DNA of 64,000 nt from Bacilli bacterium (lineage in GTDB: Bacteria; Bacillota_I; Bacilli_A; RFN20; CAG-826): positions 8,897 to 72,896 of the forward strand of contig JAILGI010000003.1 of assembly GCA_024696885.1 (NCBI GenBank). The letters are read 5' to 3'. The translations under genes and the position numbers were made by a program. The notes under the pieces were generated by a model. That model saw nothing but the letters and a program-made list of their open reading frames with translations. It was not told the origin of the DNA and made no database searches. This document shows positions 1 through 9,028 of this stretch, in pieces. Positions within the stretch are counted from its first letter, which is position 1. Each line of letters starts with the position of its first letter.

Positions 1-1482
1 TATGAGAGATGCTCTAGCTAAATCAGTGTACTGCAAACCTCCTGTATCAATTAAAATTGCGGTGTCTTGCTTTCTTATAAAACAACAATCACCTTGGCCC
101 ACATTTACAAAATCAACTTCCGCGGAAATCATATTGTTAAAAGGTATGCAATATATGATAGAAAACGCGATTAATAGATAAGTAAGTGGGCGATAAAAAG
201 GTTTAAAGCCTATTAATTTGTAATAGAGAAGTGTGAATAAAAGTGCGTAATAAAGGAGCGTTAAATATTCATTAAAAGGTGAAATATAAATGGCAAAAGA
301 CTTTTGTGTTAAAGGAGTGACGACGGTTAATAAAAGAGAGTTAAACCACTTCAGCACGGAATAAAGAGGCACACCATATAGAGATAATAAGGCCAGAAAA
401 CCAAATATAAGGAAAATAGGCGAAATCAAAGATTGATAAATAATCCCAAATGGTGAAATAGATTGATAGTATTTAATTTCAAAAGGAACGAATAAAAGAT
501 AAATGATAGTTATCATCACTACTTTCTTTCTTATTCCTTCTTCTAAAAATGAAGAATTATAAAAAAGAGTTAAAGTGATAGAAACCATAAACCCAATAAT
601 GAAGCTGTCTTGACACGCTAGATGATAATTGAGTAATAAGAAAGCGATACCCACTATTGATATCATCTCTATACTTTCAAATCTCCTATTTAATAGCTTC
701 TTGTTAATCAAGCGAAATAGACACAAAAGCGAAATCCTTATTAACGACAATTTAGGAAATAGGAGAATGACATAAAAAGATAATAGAATCACTCCTATAA
801 TATGTCGGTTGTCCTTATCGCTTATAAGGAATGATAACGCAAAGGAAATAACTCCTATAAATGCATAAAAATATAACCCACCTGCGCTCAACAAACGATT
901 CATATGAAGAGAAGAAACTGTGCTCGACAAGTTACTATCTTCATATTGCGAGAATAATATCGCAGAAACCGTTTTTTTCGTATTCTCATCAAACTTTTTC
1001 AAAAATGATTTCCGATAAGCATTTAATCTTAAAGGAGTACGCAGTTTATAGGAAGAAGAATATATCTTTAATCTTTTATATACACCCGCATTATTTAAAT
1101 AGGATTTAAAGTCAAATGATGATTCTAATAAGGAGAAAGATAGATCTTCACTTTCCCCTTTAATGTTTAAAATATCCCCCACTTCATAGGGGTGCTCTTT
1201 TTCATAACAATATAGTCTTTCACCTGCCGAATTAACGAGGAAATAGTTTGTGCTTACTTTGTAAACAAAGCAGGTATAATTTCTTTTGTGAGGATATGAT
1301 GGCCTAATGAAACTGATTAAAGAACCGAAAAGAGACACCCCTAAAACAACAATGAGAACGCCTTTATTAAATCGCTTAAAAACATAGATAAAGAAGCATA
1401 AAGCCACGATGCCAATCGCGATGACATTTTGCCTTAATCCAATACCAATCCAAAGAGATAGAAAAAGGATTAAAAGAATCAC
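1..1482 (-). CDS. comEC: DNA-internalisation competence protein ComEC/Rec2, N-terminal ~494 aa (C-terminus lies beyond window start)
   Basis: Manual translation of the minus strand from 1506 down to 1 is stop-free (~500 codons). It is hydrophobic and membrane-like, then reaches ...FNNMISAEVDFVNVGQGDCCFIRKQDTAILIDTGG, the ComEC metallo-beta-lactamase entry motif (DVGQGD). The putative GTG start at 1482 overlaps the comEA stop as GTGA. It is absent from the ORF track because no stop occurs before the window edge. Confidence 0.8.
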   Translation of the reverse strand, partial: MILLILFLSLWIGIGLRQNVIAIGIVALCFFIYVFKRFNKGVLIVVLGVSLFGSLISFIRPSYPHKRNYTCFVYKVSTNYFLVNSAGERLYCYEKEHPYEVGDILNIKGESEDLSFSLLESSFDFKSYLNNAGVYKRLKIYSSSYKLRTPLRLNAYRKSFLKKFDENTKKTVSAILFSQYEDSNLSSTVSSLHMNRLLSAGGLYFYAFIGVISFALSFLISDKDNRHIIGVILLSFYVILLFPKLSLIRISLLCLFRLINKKLLNRRFESIEMISIVGIAFLLLNYHLACQDSFIIGFMVSITLTLFYNSSFLEEGIRKKVVMITIIYLLFVPFEIKYYQSISPFGIIYQSLISPIFLIFGFLALLSLYGVPLYSVLKWFNSLLLTVVTPLTQKSFAIYISPFNEYLTLLYYALLFTLLYYKLIGFKPFYRPLTYLLIAFSIIYCIPFNNMISAEVDFVNVGQGDCCFIRKQDTAILIDTGGLQYTDLARASLI

Positions 1483-2030
1483 TCGTGAAGAATGATATAA
1501 GAGCGGATTTTGCGGTAAGTTGCGTTACCTATACCGTAAACATTTAAAAGATCCTCAAGTGTGGAAAATGTGCCGTTTTCCGTGCGATAACTGACGATAC
1601 TTGAGGCGATTGATGATGTAATTCCATTAACCTTCATTAATGTTTCAGCGTCATCTGCATTTACATTGACTTTTGCAATAGGACTTGTACCGCAGATATC
1701 CGTGCTATCGAATTGAGGAGCGATAAAATAGGTGTTGCCACTTGTTAAAGTCGCATCTTCAAAATAGGCTAATGGGTCAGCATTACTTGTTGCTCCACCA
1801 GCGGCCGCGATTAAATCCGCCATGGTGACAACGTCAGAGAGAGTATAAGTGCCAACCTTGCTTACTTCTCCTTCAATGGTGTAAGTGGCGGTATCTGCGA
1901 CTTCCACGGTGTTATTGACTGAGCTCTTATTGACGTTTGGATCAAGAAGCAAAAATCCACCGATAACAACAAAGACGGCGATAACCGCACCGATAATTAG
2001 TTTTATCATAAAAAAACCTCCTATAAACAT
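1479..2030 (-). CDS. comEA: Competence protein ComEA (SLBB domain plus tandem helix-hairpin-helix DNA-binding domain)
   Basis: N-terminal TM helix. C-terminus VNVNADDAETLMKVNGITSSIASSIVSYRTENGTFSTLEDLLNVYGIGNATYRKI matches the ComEA HhH pair. comEC lies immediately downstream. Confidence 0.85.
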   Translation of the reverse strand: MFIGGFFMIKLIIGAVIAVFVVIGGFLLLDPNVNKSSVNNTVEVADTATYTIEGEVSKVGTYTLSDVVTMADLIAAAGGATSNADPLAYFEDATLTSGNTYFIAPQFDSTDICGTSPIAKVNVNADDAETLMKVNGITSSIASSIVSYRTENGTFSTLEDLLNVYGIGNATYRKIRSYIILHE

Positions 2031-2066
2031 ATCGGAGATTTTTCGTTAATTTTTTTCACTTTTTTT
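2031..2066 (-). terminator. Possible weak intrinsic terminator after greA; also carries the comEA AGGAGG ribosome-binding site
   Basis: Minus-strand transcript ...AUCUCC-loop-GGAGGU then UUUUUUU. The stem is short and has a wobble pair. Confidence 0.3.
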
Positions 2067-2074
2067 GAAAATTT

Positions 2075-2548
2075 TTAAATATTTTCTAATTTAATAACTT
2101 CCACTTTGTATGGTTTGATACTCTTGATATCAATGATATCACCAACAGATTTTCCAACAATGGCTTCACCTAATGGGCAAGCGATGGAAATCTTCTTATT
2201 GAATGGATCAGCTTCGACGGAAGAGACTAACATATAAGTATCAGTTTTTCCATTTGATAAGTTTTTAAGAGTAACTGTAGAACCTAAAGAAACACGATTT
2301 TTATTCTTTCCAGATTCGGTGATGATTTCAGAATTGTTAAGAATGAATTCGATTTCTTTGATTCTCGCATCGACTTCCGCTTGTTTGTTTCTTGCAGCAT
2401 CATAGTCAGCGTTTTCACTTAAGTCACCTTGTGCGCGTGCTTCTGCTAATTGAACTTTAACTTCTTCACTAACAACTTGTACTAAGTTATATAATTCATC
2501 TTGTAATTTTTTATATCCAGCAGCGGTTAATTTTGTTTTTTCAGCCAT
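2075..2548 (-). CDS. greA: Transcription elongation factor GreA
   Basis: 157 aa with coiled-coil N-terminus, GDLSENADYDAAR motif and C-terminal FKBP-like domain. Confidence 0.92.
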   Translation of the reverse strand: MAEKTKLTAAGYKKLQDELYNLVQVVSEEVKVQLAEARAQGDLSENADYDAARNKQAEVDARIKEIEFILNNSEIITESGKNKNRVSLGSTVTLKNLSNGKTDTYMLVSSVEADPFNKKISIACPLGEAIVGKSVGDIIDIKSIKPYKVEVIKLENI

Positions 2549-2644
2549 GATAATAGTCTCCTATCTAATTGCGAGCGTTATTATATCAATAACGAGTGAA
2601 AATTTCCATTCTTTTCTTAAGAAGAGAAAACAAAGTTTTATTTA

Positions 2645-3277
2645 TTGCACCACTACTATATAATAGAGCACGTGAAAAAAGAGAACAAAATTACAAACAT
2701 CTTTCGCTTATTCATCACCTTCTTTAAAACTGGTCTTTTAACCTTCGGAGGTGGGTATGCGATGATACCAATCCTTCAAAGAGAAGTGAGCGAAAAGAGA
2801 AAGTGGATGAAAGACGAAGAGATGCTTGATATCTTAGCCATTAGTGAATCCACACCTGGTCCAATCGCGGTTAACACCGCTACATATGTCGGTTATGAAG
2901 TTGCGGGTTTTTGGGGTAGCTTTTTTGCTACGCTTGGATTAGTTCTTCCTTCTTTTATCATTATCTATATCATTTCGTTCTTTTATAAGGACTTTATGAC
3001 CTGGAAAATTGTTCAAGCCGCTTTTAAGGGTTTACGCATTGGTGTAATTATCCTACTTATCAAAGCGGTATTAAAGTTAAAGAAAGCGGTTAAGTTTTCT
3101 TTATTATCATGGATCATTTTTGCGATTGTCTTTATTGGTTTATTCTTAACAACCTTCTTTAATGTGAATATTAAAATAGGGAGTTTTTCTTTATCTATTT
3201 CCTTATTATTTATTCTCTTTGGCATTATCGTCGGTATTGTATCTACAGCGGTAAGCAAAAAGGAGGATAAAGAATGA
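2645..3277 (+). CDS. chrA: Chromate ion transporter (CHR) family protein, short form, first of a pair
   Basis: TFGGGYAMIP and ESTPGP motifs of the CHR family. TTG start in the track, so the true start may be internal. 4-nt overlap with the second half. Confidence 0.8.
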   Translation: MHHYYIIEHVKKENKITNIFRLFITFFKTGLLTFGGGYAMIPILQREVSEKRKWMKDEEMLDILAISESTPGPIAVNTATYVGYEVAGFWGSFFATLGLVLPSFIIIYIISFFYKDFMTWKIVQAAFKGLRIGVIILLIKAVLKLKKAVKFSLLSWIIFAIVFIGLFLTTFFNVNIKIGSFSLSISLLFILFGIIVGIVSTAVSKKEDKE

Positions 3278-3870
3278 TTTTCTTTGAATTATTCTACATA
3301 TTCTTCTATATTGGCCTATTCACTTTTGGCGGTGGTTATGCAATGATTAGCCTCATTCAAGAAGAGGTTATTAAGCATAGTTGGCTCAGTGAAGAAGCTC
3401 TTTTAGATTTTATTGCGATTAGTGAATCCACCCCTGGACCATTCGCGATTAATATCGCCACATTTGTCGGCTCACAAGTCGGTGGAATCTTAGGGGCGGT
3501 ATGTGCGACTCTCGGTGTTGTTTTACCCTCTTTTATCATTATTTTGCTCGTCGCGATGATTATGAAAAAGGCACTTAAAAATCGCTTTGTCCAAGGTGGT
3601 TTAAATGGAGTTAGACCAGTTGTCATTTCTCTTATTTTATCCACCGCTATATTCTTCTTTATCAAGATGGCTTTTACTTCTGGAAAAGCCTTTAATATCA
3701 ATACCAGTGAATTCAGTTTCGATCGCACTGGTATCGCTATTTTCCTCATTTTAGGATTCTTTATTCTTCTTCATAAAAAGAAAAAGAAAAAGAGCCTGTC
3801 TCCTATAACAATTCTTGCTATAAGCGCTCTAATGGGCATCTTAGTCTATTTTGTTTTTAACTTACATTAG
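3274..3870 (+). CDS. chrA: Chromate ion transporter (CHR) family protein, short form, second of a pair
   Basis: Paralogous FTFGGGYAMISL and SESTPGPFAIN motifs. Translationally coupled to the upstream half. Confidence 0.8.
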   Translation: MIFFELFYIFFYIGLFTFGGGYAMISLIQEEVIKHSWLSEEALLDFIAISESTPGPFAINIATFVGSQVGGILGAVCATLGVVLPSFIIILLVAMIMKKALKNRFVQGGLNGVRPVVISLILSTAIFFFIKMAFTSGKAFNINTSEFSFDRTGIAIFLILGFFILLHKKKKKKSLSPITILAISALMGILVYFVFNLH

Positions 3871-4145
3871 TTTTTCTTTAAGTCTTGGATTTTGGGGTCT
3901 TCCATGTAAGAATTGAAGACTTCTTCCACTTCTTCATATTCCTCTTCGTCTTCGATTTCTTCTAATTCGAAGTTATCGTTGTAACGCATTGGAATAATAT
4001 CGTCAGGTGTTTTTGGATCGAAGAAAAAGACATATTTTGTGCCTCTTTCTTCATTTTCATAAGTAAAGAGGATTTCCATTTCGTGTTCTTTGCCTTGTCC
4101 ATCAATGACGGTTAATTTTTTGTTTTCATCGAGTTCCATGTCCAT
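3867..4145 (-). CDS. DUF1292 family protein (YrzB-like)
   Basis: 92 aa acidic protein. Conserved position after ruvX in the alaS-ruvX-yrzB arrangement of Firmicutes. Confidence 0.7.
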   Translation of the reverse strand: MDMELDENKKLTVIDGQGKEHEMEILFTYENEERGTKYVFFFDPKTPDDIIPMRYNDNFELEEIEDEEEYEEVEEVFNSYMEDPKIQDLKKN

Positions 4146-4563
4146 TCTCCTTTGATCTAATATATGTATCTAAAATCACACATGCGGCGATTTTATCGAC
4201 ATTTTCTTTTCTTTGGTCGTGATTCATTCCTCTTAAGGAAATACTTTGGTTTGCGGTAACAGATGACATTCTTTCATCCACCAAGTGGATGTTTAATGTG
4301 TTATCCATTTCTAATAAGTCATCACGGAAGCGAAGCACCATTTCACTCATCTCACTTTGTTCACCACTTAAATGAAGAGGATAGCCTAAGGCTATTTCTT
4401 TAATGCCTAACTGTTTTGTGAGTTCAATCACGTGTTTGCGGGCAATGATGAATTGTTTATGAGGAAAGCGAAAGGTTTCTACACCATGCACAAAACCTAA
4501 GACATCGCTTTTAGCGATACCTAAAGTCTTGGTGCCTAAATCTAAACCAATGACTTTTTCCAT
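4126..4563 (-). CDS. ruvX: Putative pre-16S rRNA nuclease / Holliday-junction-resolvase-like protein RuvX (YqgF)
   Basis: IGLDLGTKTLGIAKSD N-terminal RNase H-like motif. Start overlaps the alaS stop. Confidence 0.9.
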   Translation of the reverse strand: MEKVIGLDLGTKTLGIAKSDVLGFVHGVETFRFPHKQFIIARKHVIELTKQLGIKEIALGYPLHLSGEQSEMSEMVLRFRDDLLEMDNTLNIHLVDERMSSVTANQSISLRGMNHDQRKENVDKIAACVILDTYIRSKENGHGTR

Positions 4564-7169
4564 TATTTGACCATTTCCTTCACTAATTGAATAGCGGCTT
4601 CTACTTTAGAAGTGTCTCTTCCAGAACCAGAGGCGAGTTCATCTCTACCACCGCCTCCACCTAAAAGGACTTGCGCCATTGCTTTCACTAAAGCACCGGC
4701 TTTATAACCTTTTTCATTGGCTTTTTTAGAGCACGCTACGACGATTGGGACAGAGCCATTTTCATCACCAAGAAGAGCGATGATGTAATTATCTTTACCT
4801 TGTTTCAAATTATCAATAATGGATAATAATTCGTTTCTGGATTGTCCTTTTTGATAGCTGACTAAGAGGGATAAATCGTCTCTTTCTATAAAACTATTCT
4901 TCATCATTTGGGAATTAATAAATGATAACTTATCATTTAATGCTTCATTTGCTTTCTTTAACGCTTCTTTTTCATTTAACAAAGCAGTTAAGCGGTTATT
5001 GATATCTTCAAAAGATAAAGTGTTGAGTTTATCTTTGACGTTATTGAGTAAGTTTTCACGATGTTTAATTAATTCATAGGCACCAGAGGAAGTACGCGCT
5101 TGAATACGTCTAATACCCGCGGCGACGGATTCTTCATATTCAATGACAAAGACACCAATATCTTGGGAATTAGAGACGTGGGTGCCACCACAGAATTCTT
5201 TGCTCACTTCATCGAAGCAAACCACTCTCACTGTGTCACCATATTTATCATTAAATAAGGCTTTTGCCCCCATCTTTTGGGCTTCTTCAATAGGTAAAAC
5301 CTTTGTTTCACAAGGAATAGCTTCGCTAATCCAAGCGTTCACTTTTCTTTCGACAGCGTTGATTTGTTCAGGTGTCATTTTTGTGAAATGATTAAAGTCG
5401 AAATGGGAGTATTCGTCGTTGACGAAACTACCATGTTGAGCGATGTGATCACCTAAAACTTCGCTTAATGCTTTTTGTAAGAGGTGGACAGAGGAATGGT
5501 TACGCATGATACGTAATCTTCTTTCTTCATCAATCTTAGCGATGAATTTATCGCCCACTTTAACTTCGCCATATCTCACTTCCACAGAGTGGAGGTGTTG
5601 TTTGTTTGGCGCTTTGATGACGTTGGTGACTTTTAATGATGTTTCTTCATTTTCAATTTCACCAGTATCAGCGACTTGACCACCGCTTTCGGCATAGAAA
5701 TTGGTGCGATCAAGCATAATTTCACCACGTGTGGTGATGCTATCTACTTTTTCACCATCTTTAAATAAAGCAATGACTTTACATTCGATTGGTTCTTTAT
5801 CATAGATAAATTCACTTGCTAAGGTGCAGTTCATTAAATCAAATGATTGTTTATTCATGCTTTGACGATCACCACGGGCGGCTCTCGCGCGTTGCTTTTG
5901 TTCTTCCATTAATGCGTTAAAGCCATCCATATCCACTTTGACATGATGTTCTTCACAGATTTCCATAGTCAATTCTTTTGGGAAACCAAAAGTATCATAT
6001 AAACGGAACATATCTTCGGCGTCTAAGGTATCTTTACCATCGATGGCCTTTAATAAGAGAGATTCACCATTAGCTAATGTTTTGATGAATTTTTCTTCTT
6101 CCGCTTTAATCATCTTAGCGACAAAGTCTTTTTTATTATCCAAATAAGGATAATATGAATGCATAATTTCACTCACTAAGGCGACGAATTTATATAAGAA
6201 TGGTTCGTTAATTCCTAACACTCTTCCATATCTTTCCGCGCGTCTAAGGAGTCTTCTTAAAACGTAGCCTCTACCTTCATTAGAGAACATTTCACCATCT
6301 GCGAGAGCAAAAGTAATGCTTCTAACATGGTCAGCGATGACTCTAAAGGCAAGGTGATTTTCATCGTATTTATGACCGGTTAATCTTTCCACTTCTTGAA
6401 TAATTGGGAAGAATAAATCGGTTTCAAAGTTTGTGTCTGTTTCTTGAATGATACACGCTAGTCTTTCTAAACCAGCTCCTGTATCGATGTTTTTACTAGG
6501 TAATTCTTTATATTCTTCTCTTTTCTTACCTGGTTCAGAGTTGAACTGGGAGAAAACAATGTTCCAAATTTCCACATAACGATCGTTTTCCATATCGTTT
6601 TTAAGAAGATCAATTCCAATATGTTGAGGATCGTATTTTTCACCGCGGTCATAGAACATTTCGGTGTCAGGGCCACATGGACCAGCGCCAATTTCCCAGA
6701 AGTTTCCACTTTGTGGAATTAAATGGTCTTCACTAATTCCCGCGTCCATCCAACATTTCTTGGTTTCTAAATCTGAAGGAAAATAGGTGATATAAAGTTT
6801 ATCTTTATCTAAAGCATACCACTTTTCACTTAAAAGTAATTCCACCGCCCAGGGGATGACTTCTTTACGGAAGTAATCACCGATGGAGAAATTACCCATC
6901 ATTTCAAAGAATGTATGGTGTCTAGCGGTGTGACCAACGTGTTCAATATCGTTAGTTCTAATGCACTTTTGGGCGTTAGTAATTCTTCTTGAAGGAGGTA
7001 CTTCACTACCATCAAAATACTTTTTTAAAGCCGCAACACCCGCGTTAATCCAAAGCAAAGTTGGATCATTCTTCGGGATTAATGATGCGCCTTGTTCGAT
7101 ATGGTGACCTTTGCTAGCAAAGAAGTCTAACCACATTTGTCTGATTTCACTTGAAGATAATTTTTTCAT
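4563..7169 (-). CDS. alaS: Alanine--tRNA ligase
   Basis: 868 aa with class II catalytic core, editing domain (HSSVHLL...CGGTHV) and C-terminal DHHA1 GGGGG motif. Confidence 0.97.
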   Translation of the reverse strand: MKKLSSSEIRQMWLDFFASKGHHIEQGASLIPKNDPTLLWINAGVAALKKYFDGSEVPPSRRITNAQKCIRTNDIEHVGHTARHHTFFEMMGNFSIGDYFRKEVIPWAVELLLSEKWYALDKDKLYITYFPSDLETKKCWMDAGISEDHLIPQSGNFWEIGAGPCGPDTEMFYDRGEKYDPQHIGIDLLKNDMENDRYVEIWNIVFSQFNSEPGKKREEYKELPSKNIDTGAGLERLACIIQETDTNFETDLFFPIIQEVERLTGHKYDENHLAFRVIADHVRSITFALADGEMFSNEGRGYVLRRLLRRAERYGRVLGINEPFLYKFVALVSEIMHSYYPYLDNKKDFVAKMIKAEEEKFIKTLANGESLLLKAIDGKDTLDAEDMFRLYDTFGFPKELTMEICEEHHVKVDMDGFNALMEEQKQRARAARGDRQSMNKQSFDLMNCTLASEFIYDKEPIECKVIALFKDGEKVDSITTRGEIMLDRTNFYAESGGQVADTGEIENEETSLKVTNVIKAPNKQHLHSVEVRYGEVKVGDKFIAKIDEERRLRIMRNHSSVHLLQKALSEVLGDHIAQHGSFVNDEYSHFDFNHFTKMTPEQINAVERKVNAWISEAIPCETKVLPIEEAQKMGAKALFNDKYGDTVRVVCFDEVSKEFCGGTHVSNSQDIGVFVIEYEESVAAGIRRIQARTSSGAYELIKHRENLLNNVKDKLNTLSFEDINNRLTALLNEKEALKKANEALNDKLSFINSQMMKNSFIERDDLSLLVSYQKGQSRNELLSIIDNLKQGKDNYIIALLGDENGSVPIVVACSKKANEKGYKAGALVKAMAQVLLGGGGGRDELASGSGRDTSKVEAAIQLVKEMVK

Positions 7170-7171
7170 AA

Positions 7172-7400
7172 ATTCCTCCTAAATATAGAAAAACGTTCCT
7201 TATAGGAACGATTAATACCGCGTTACCATCCTATTTCACTCACTATTGTGATGTGCGCTTAATTATGACTGAATCGTCAGTCGCGTCGGCATTACCCGAA
7301 TCAGGGGAAGTGGCCTTCCTATTTCTCAATGCGCTCTTCCACCATCAGCGCTCTCTATGATTGAGTTTAATAAGATTAGCTTCCGATTTGTATTTTATGA
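7172..7400 (-). promoter_or_regulatory. T-box riboswitch leader of alaS with terminator/antiterminator
   Basis: Minus-strand transcript contains stem I AGAGAG...GCGCUGA, a specifier region with GCC (Ala) and the T-box sequence AAUAGGAUGGUAACGCGG (consensus AAUUAGGGUGGNACCGCG). A terminator hairpin GUUCCUAUAAGGAAC plus UUUUUC follows 25 nt before the alaS AGGAGG/ATG. A TTGTGA-17-TAAAAT promoter lies near 7395-7425. Confidence 0.8.
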
Positions 7401-7445
7401 TAAATAACGGTTTTTCACAATAAATATATTCAAAAGAATATAAAA

Positions 7446-8576
7446 CTAATCTGTTTGCTCGTTATTTTTATAAGTGTGTTCAATTAATCCACCACCTAAA
7501 CAAATATCGCCATCATATAAAACCGCGGCTTGTCCAGGGGTGACTGCTTTATATGGCTCATCAAAGATGAGTTTGATTTTATTGTCATTAATAAACTCGA
7601 TGGTGACACCATTATCTTTTTGGCGATATCTAAACTTCGCATTGAGGTGCTTTTTATTTTCGGGAACATCACTAATCCAATTAATATCTGTCACTGTACA
7701 GCTATCGCTCAATAAGTGCTTGTTTTCATCACCACTGGCGACATAAATAATGTTCTTTTTGACGTCTTTTTTGACGACAAACCAACCTTTTGCCTGCTCG
7801 CCATGTATGCCACCGATACCTAAACCTTTTCTTTGACCGATTGTGTAGTACATCGCACCTACGTGCTCGCCTAATACTCTACCAGTTTCAATATCGATGA
7901 TTTGCCCATTTTGCGCAGGTATGTAATTTTGTAAAAACTGACGGAAATTTCTTTCGCCAATAAAGCAAATGCCAGTGCTATCTTTTTTATCCATGACGGA
8001 TTCTAACTTGAGTTCATGGGCGATTCTTCTCACTTCACTCTTATCAATATTTCCTAAAGGAAATAAACAAGAGGAAACTTGCTCTTGTGAGATTTGTGAT
8101 AAGAAATATGTTTGGTCTTTATTTTGATCAAATGATTTGCACAAATAGGCTTTACCATTACGGTCCACTCTTTTGGCGTAATGGCCCATCGCAATCGCAT
8201 CAAATCCATGCTTTTTGGCAAAATCTAAGAAAGGACCAAACTTAATATATTTATTGCAAAAAATATCGGGATTAGGAGTTCTACCCGCTTCATATTCTTT
8301 GATTAAATAAGAAAATACGTTATCCCAATATTCTTTAACATAGTCAACACGTAGTAATTCGATGCCGAGTTTTTGGGCCACTTTAACCGCGTCATCATAG
8401 TCTTTTTCCTGAGGACATTGGTCGTTATTAATCGTGGGGTTACCTAGATAGTCATTGTTTGCTAAAGCGTCCCAGTTACGCATAAAACAGGCCGTTACTT
8501 CATAGCCTTCTTTTTTGAGTAAATACGCTGCAACAGCGGAGTCAACACCACCGCTTAATCCGATTAATACTTTCAT
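7446..8576 (-). CDS. mnmA: tRNA-specific 2-thiouridylase MnmA
   Basis: 376 aa with SGGVDSAV PP-loop, the catalytic Cys pair and C-terminal beta-barrel. Confidence 0.93.
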   Translation of the reverse strand: MKVLIGLSGGVDSAVAAYLLKKEGYEVTACFMRNWDALANNDYLGNPTINNDQCPQEKDYDDAVKVAQKLGIELLRVDYVKEYWDNVFSYLIKEYEAGRTPNPDIFCNKYIKFGPFLDFAKKHGFDAIAMGHYAKRVDRNGKAYLCKSFDQNKDQTYFLSQISQEQVSSCLFPLGNIDKSEVRRIAHELKLESVMDKKDSTGICFIGERNFRQFLQNYIPAQNGQIIDIETGRVLGEHVGAMYYTIGQRKGLGIGGIHGEQAKGWFVVKKDVKKNIIYVASGDENKHLLSDSCTVTDINWISDVPENKKHLNAKFRYRQKDNGVTIEFINDNKIKLIFDEPYKAVTPGQAAVLYDGDICLGGGLIEHTYKNNEQTD

Positions 8577-9028
8577 TAGAAGAATAACTCCTTGCTATCT
8601 AAAAGTAGGGTAAATGGACCATCGTTAATACTCTCCACTTTCATGTCTGCACCGAAGATGCCAGTTTGGATATTTCCATATTTCATTTCTAATAGTTCAT
8701 TGAAGTAATCATATAATGGTTCCGCTTCTCCTGGTCTAAGGGCATTAACAAATGATGGACGTCTTCCTTTTTTGGTGTCCGCATATAAAGTAAATTGACT
8801 GACGGAAAGGATAGAACCCTTCACATCATCAAGCGATAAATTGATTAATTGATGTTCATCTGGGAACACTCTTAAAGAGAGAATTTTATCCGCCATTTTC
8901 TCTACGGTCTCTTTATCATCGCCGTCGGTAAAACCAACGAGCAAAAGAAATCCACGCCCGATTGACGCTATTAAACGCTCATTGACGCGTACTTTTGCCG
9001 ATAAAACAGTGGTTAATACTACTCTCAT
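8576..9028 (-). CDS. dtd: D-aminoacyl-tRNA deacylase
   Basis: 150 aa. SQFTLYAD and NDGPFTLLLDS motifs align with Dtd. Confidence 0.9.
   Translation of the reverse strand: MRVVLTTVLSAKVRVNERLIASIGRGFLLLVGFTDGDDKETVEKMADKILSLRVFPDEHQLINLSLDDVKGSILSVSQFTLYADTKKGRRPSFVNALRPGEAEPLYDYFNELLEMKYGNIQTGIFGADMKVESINDGPFTLLLDSKELFF

Noticed and set aside
861-1109. 82-aa plus-strand ORF
   Set aside because: It lies antisense inside the comEC reading frame, has no ribosome-binding site, and its AT-rich codon composition matches that of a spurious ORF.
3013-3749. Minus-strand ORFs of 81 and 130 aa inside the chrA pair
   Set aside because: Antisense to conserved CHR transporter genes with no independent support.
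5143-6709. Small ORFs inside alaS (82 aa plus strand, 80 aa minus strand in an alternate frame)
   Set aside because: They are fully embedded in a highly conserved essential gene. Chance ORFs.
7474-7746. Two plus-strand ORFs (90 and 61 aa) inside mnmA
   Set aside because: Antisense to mnmA, with no signals.
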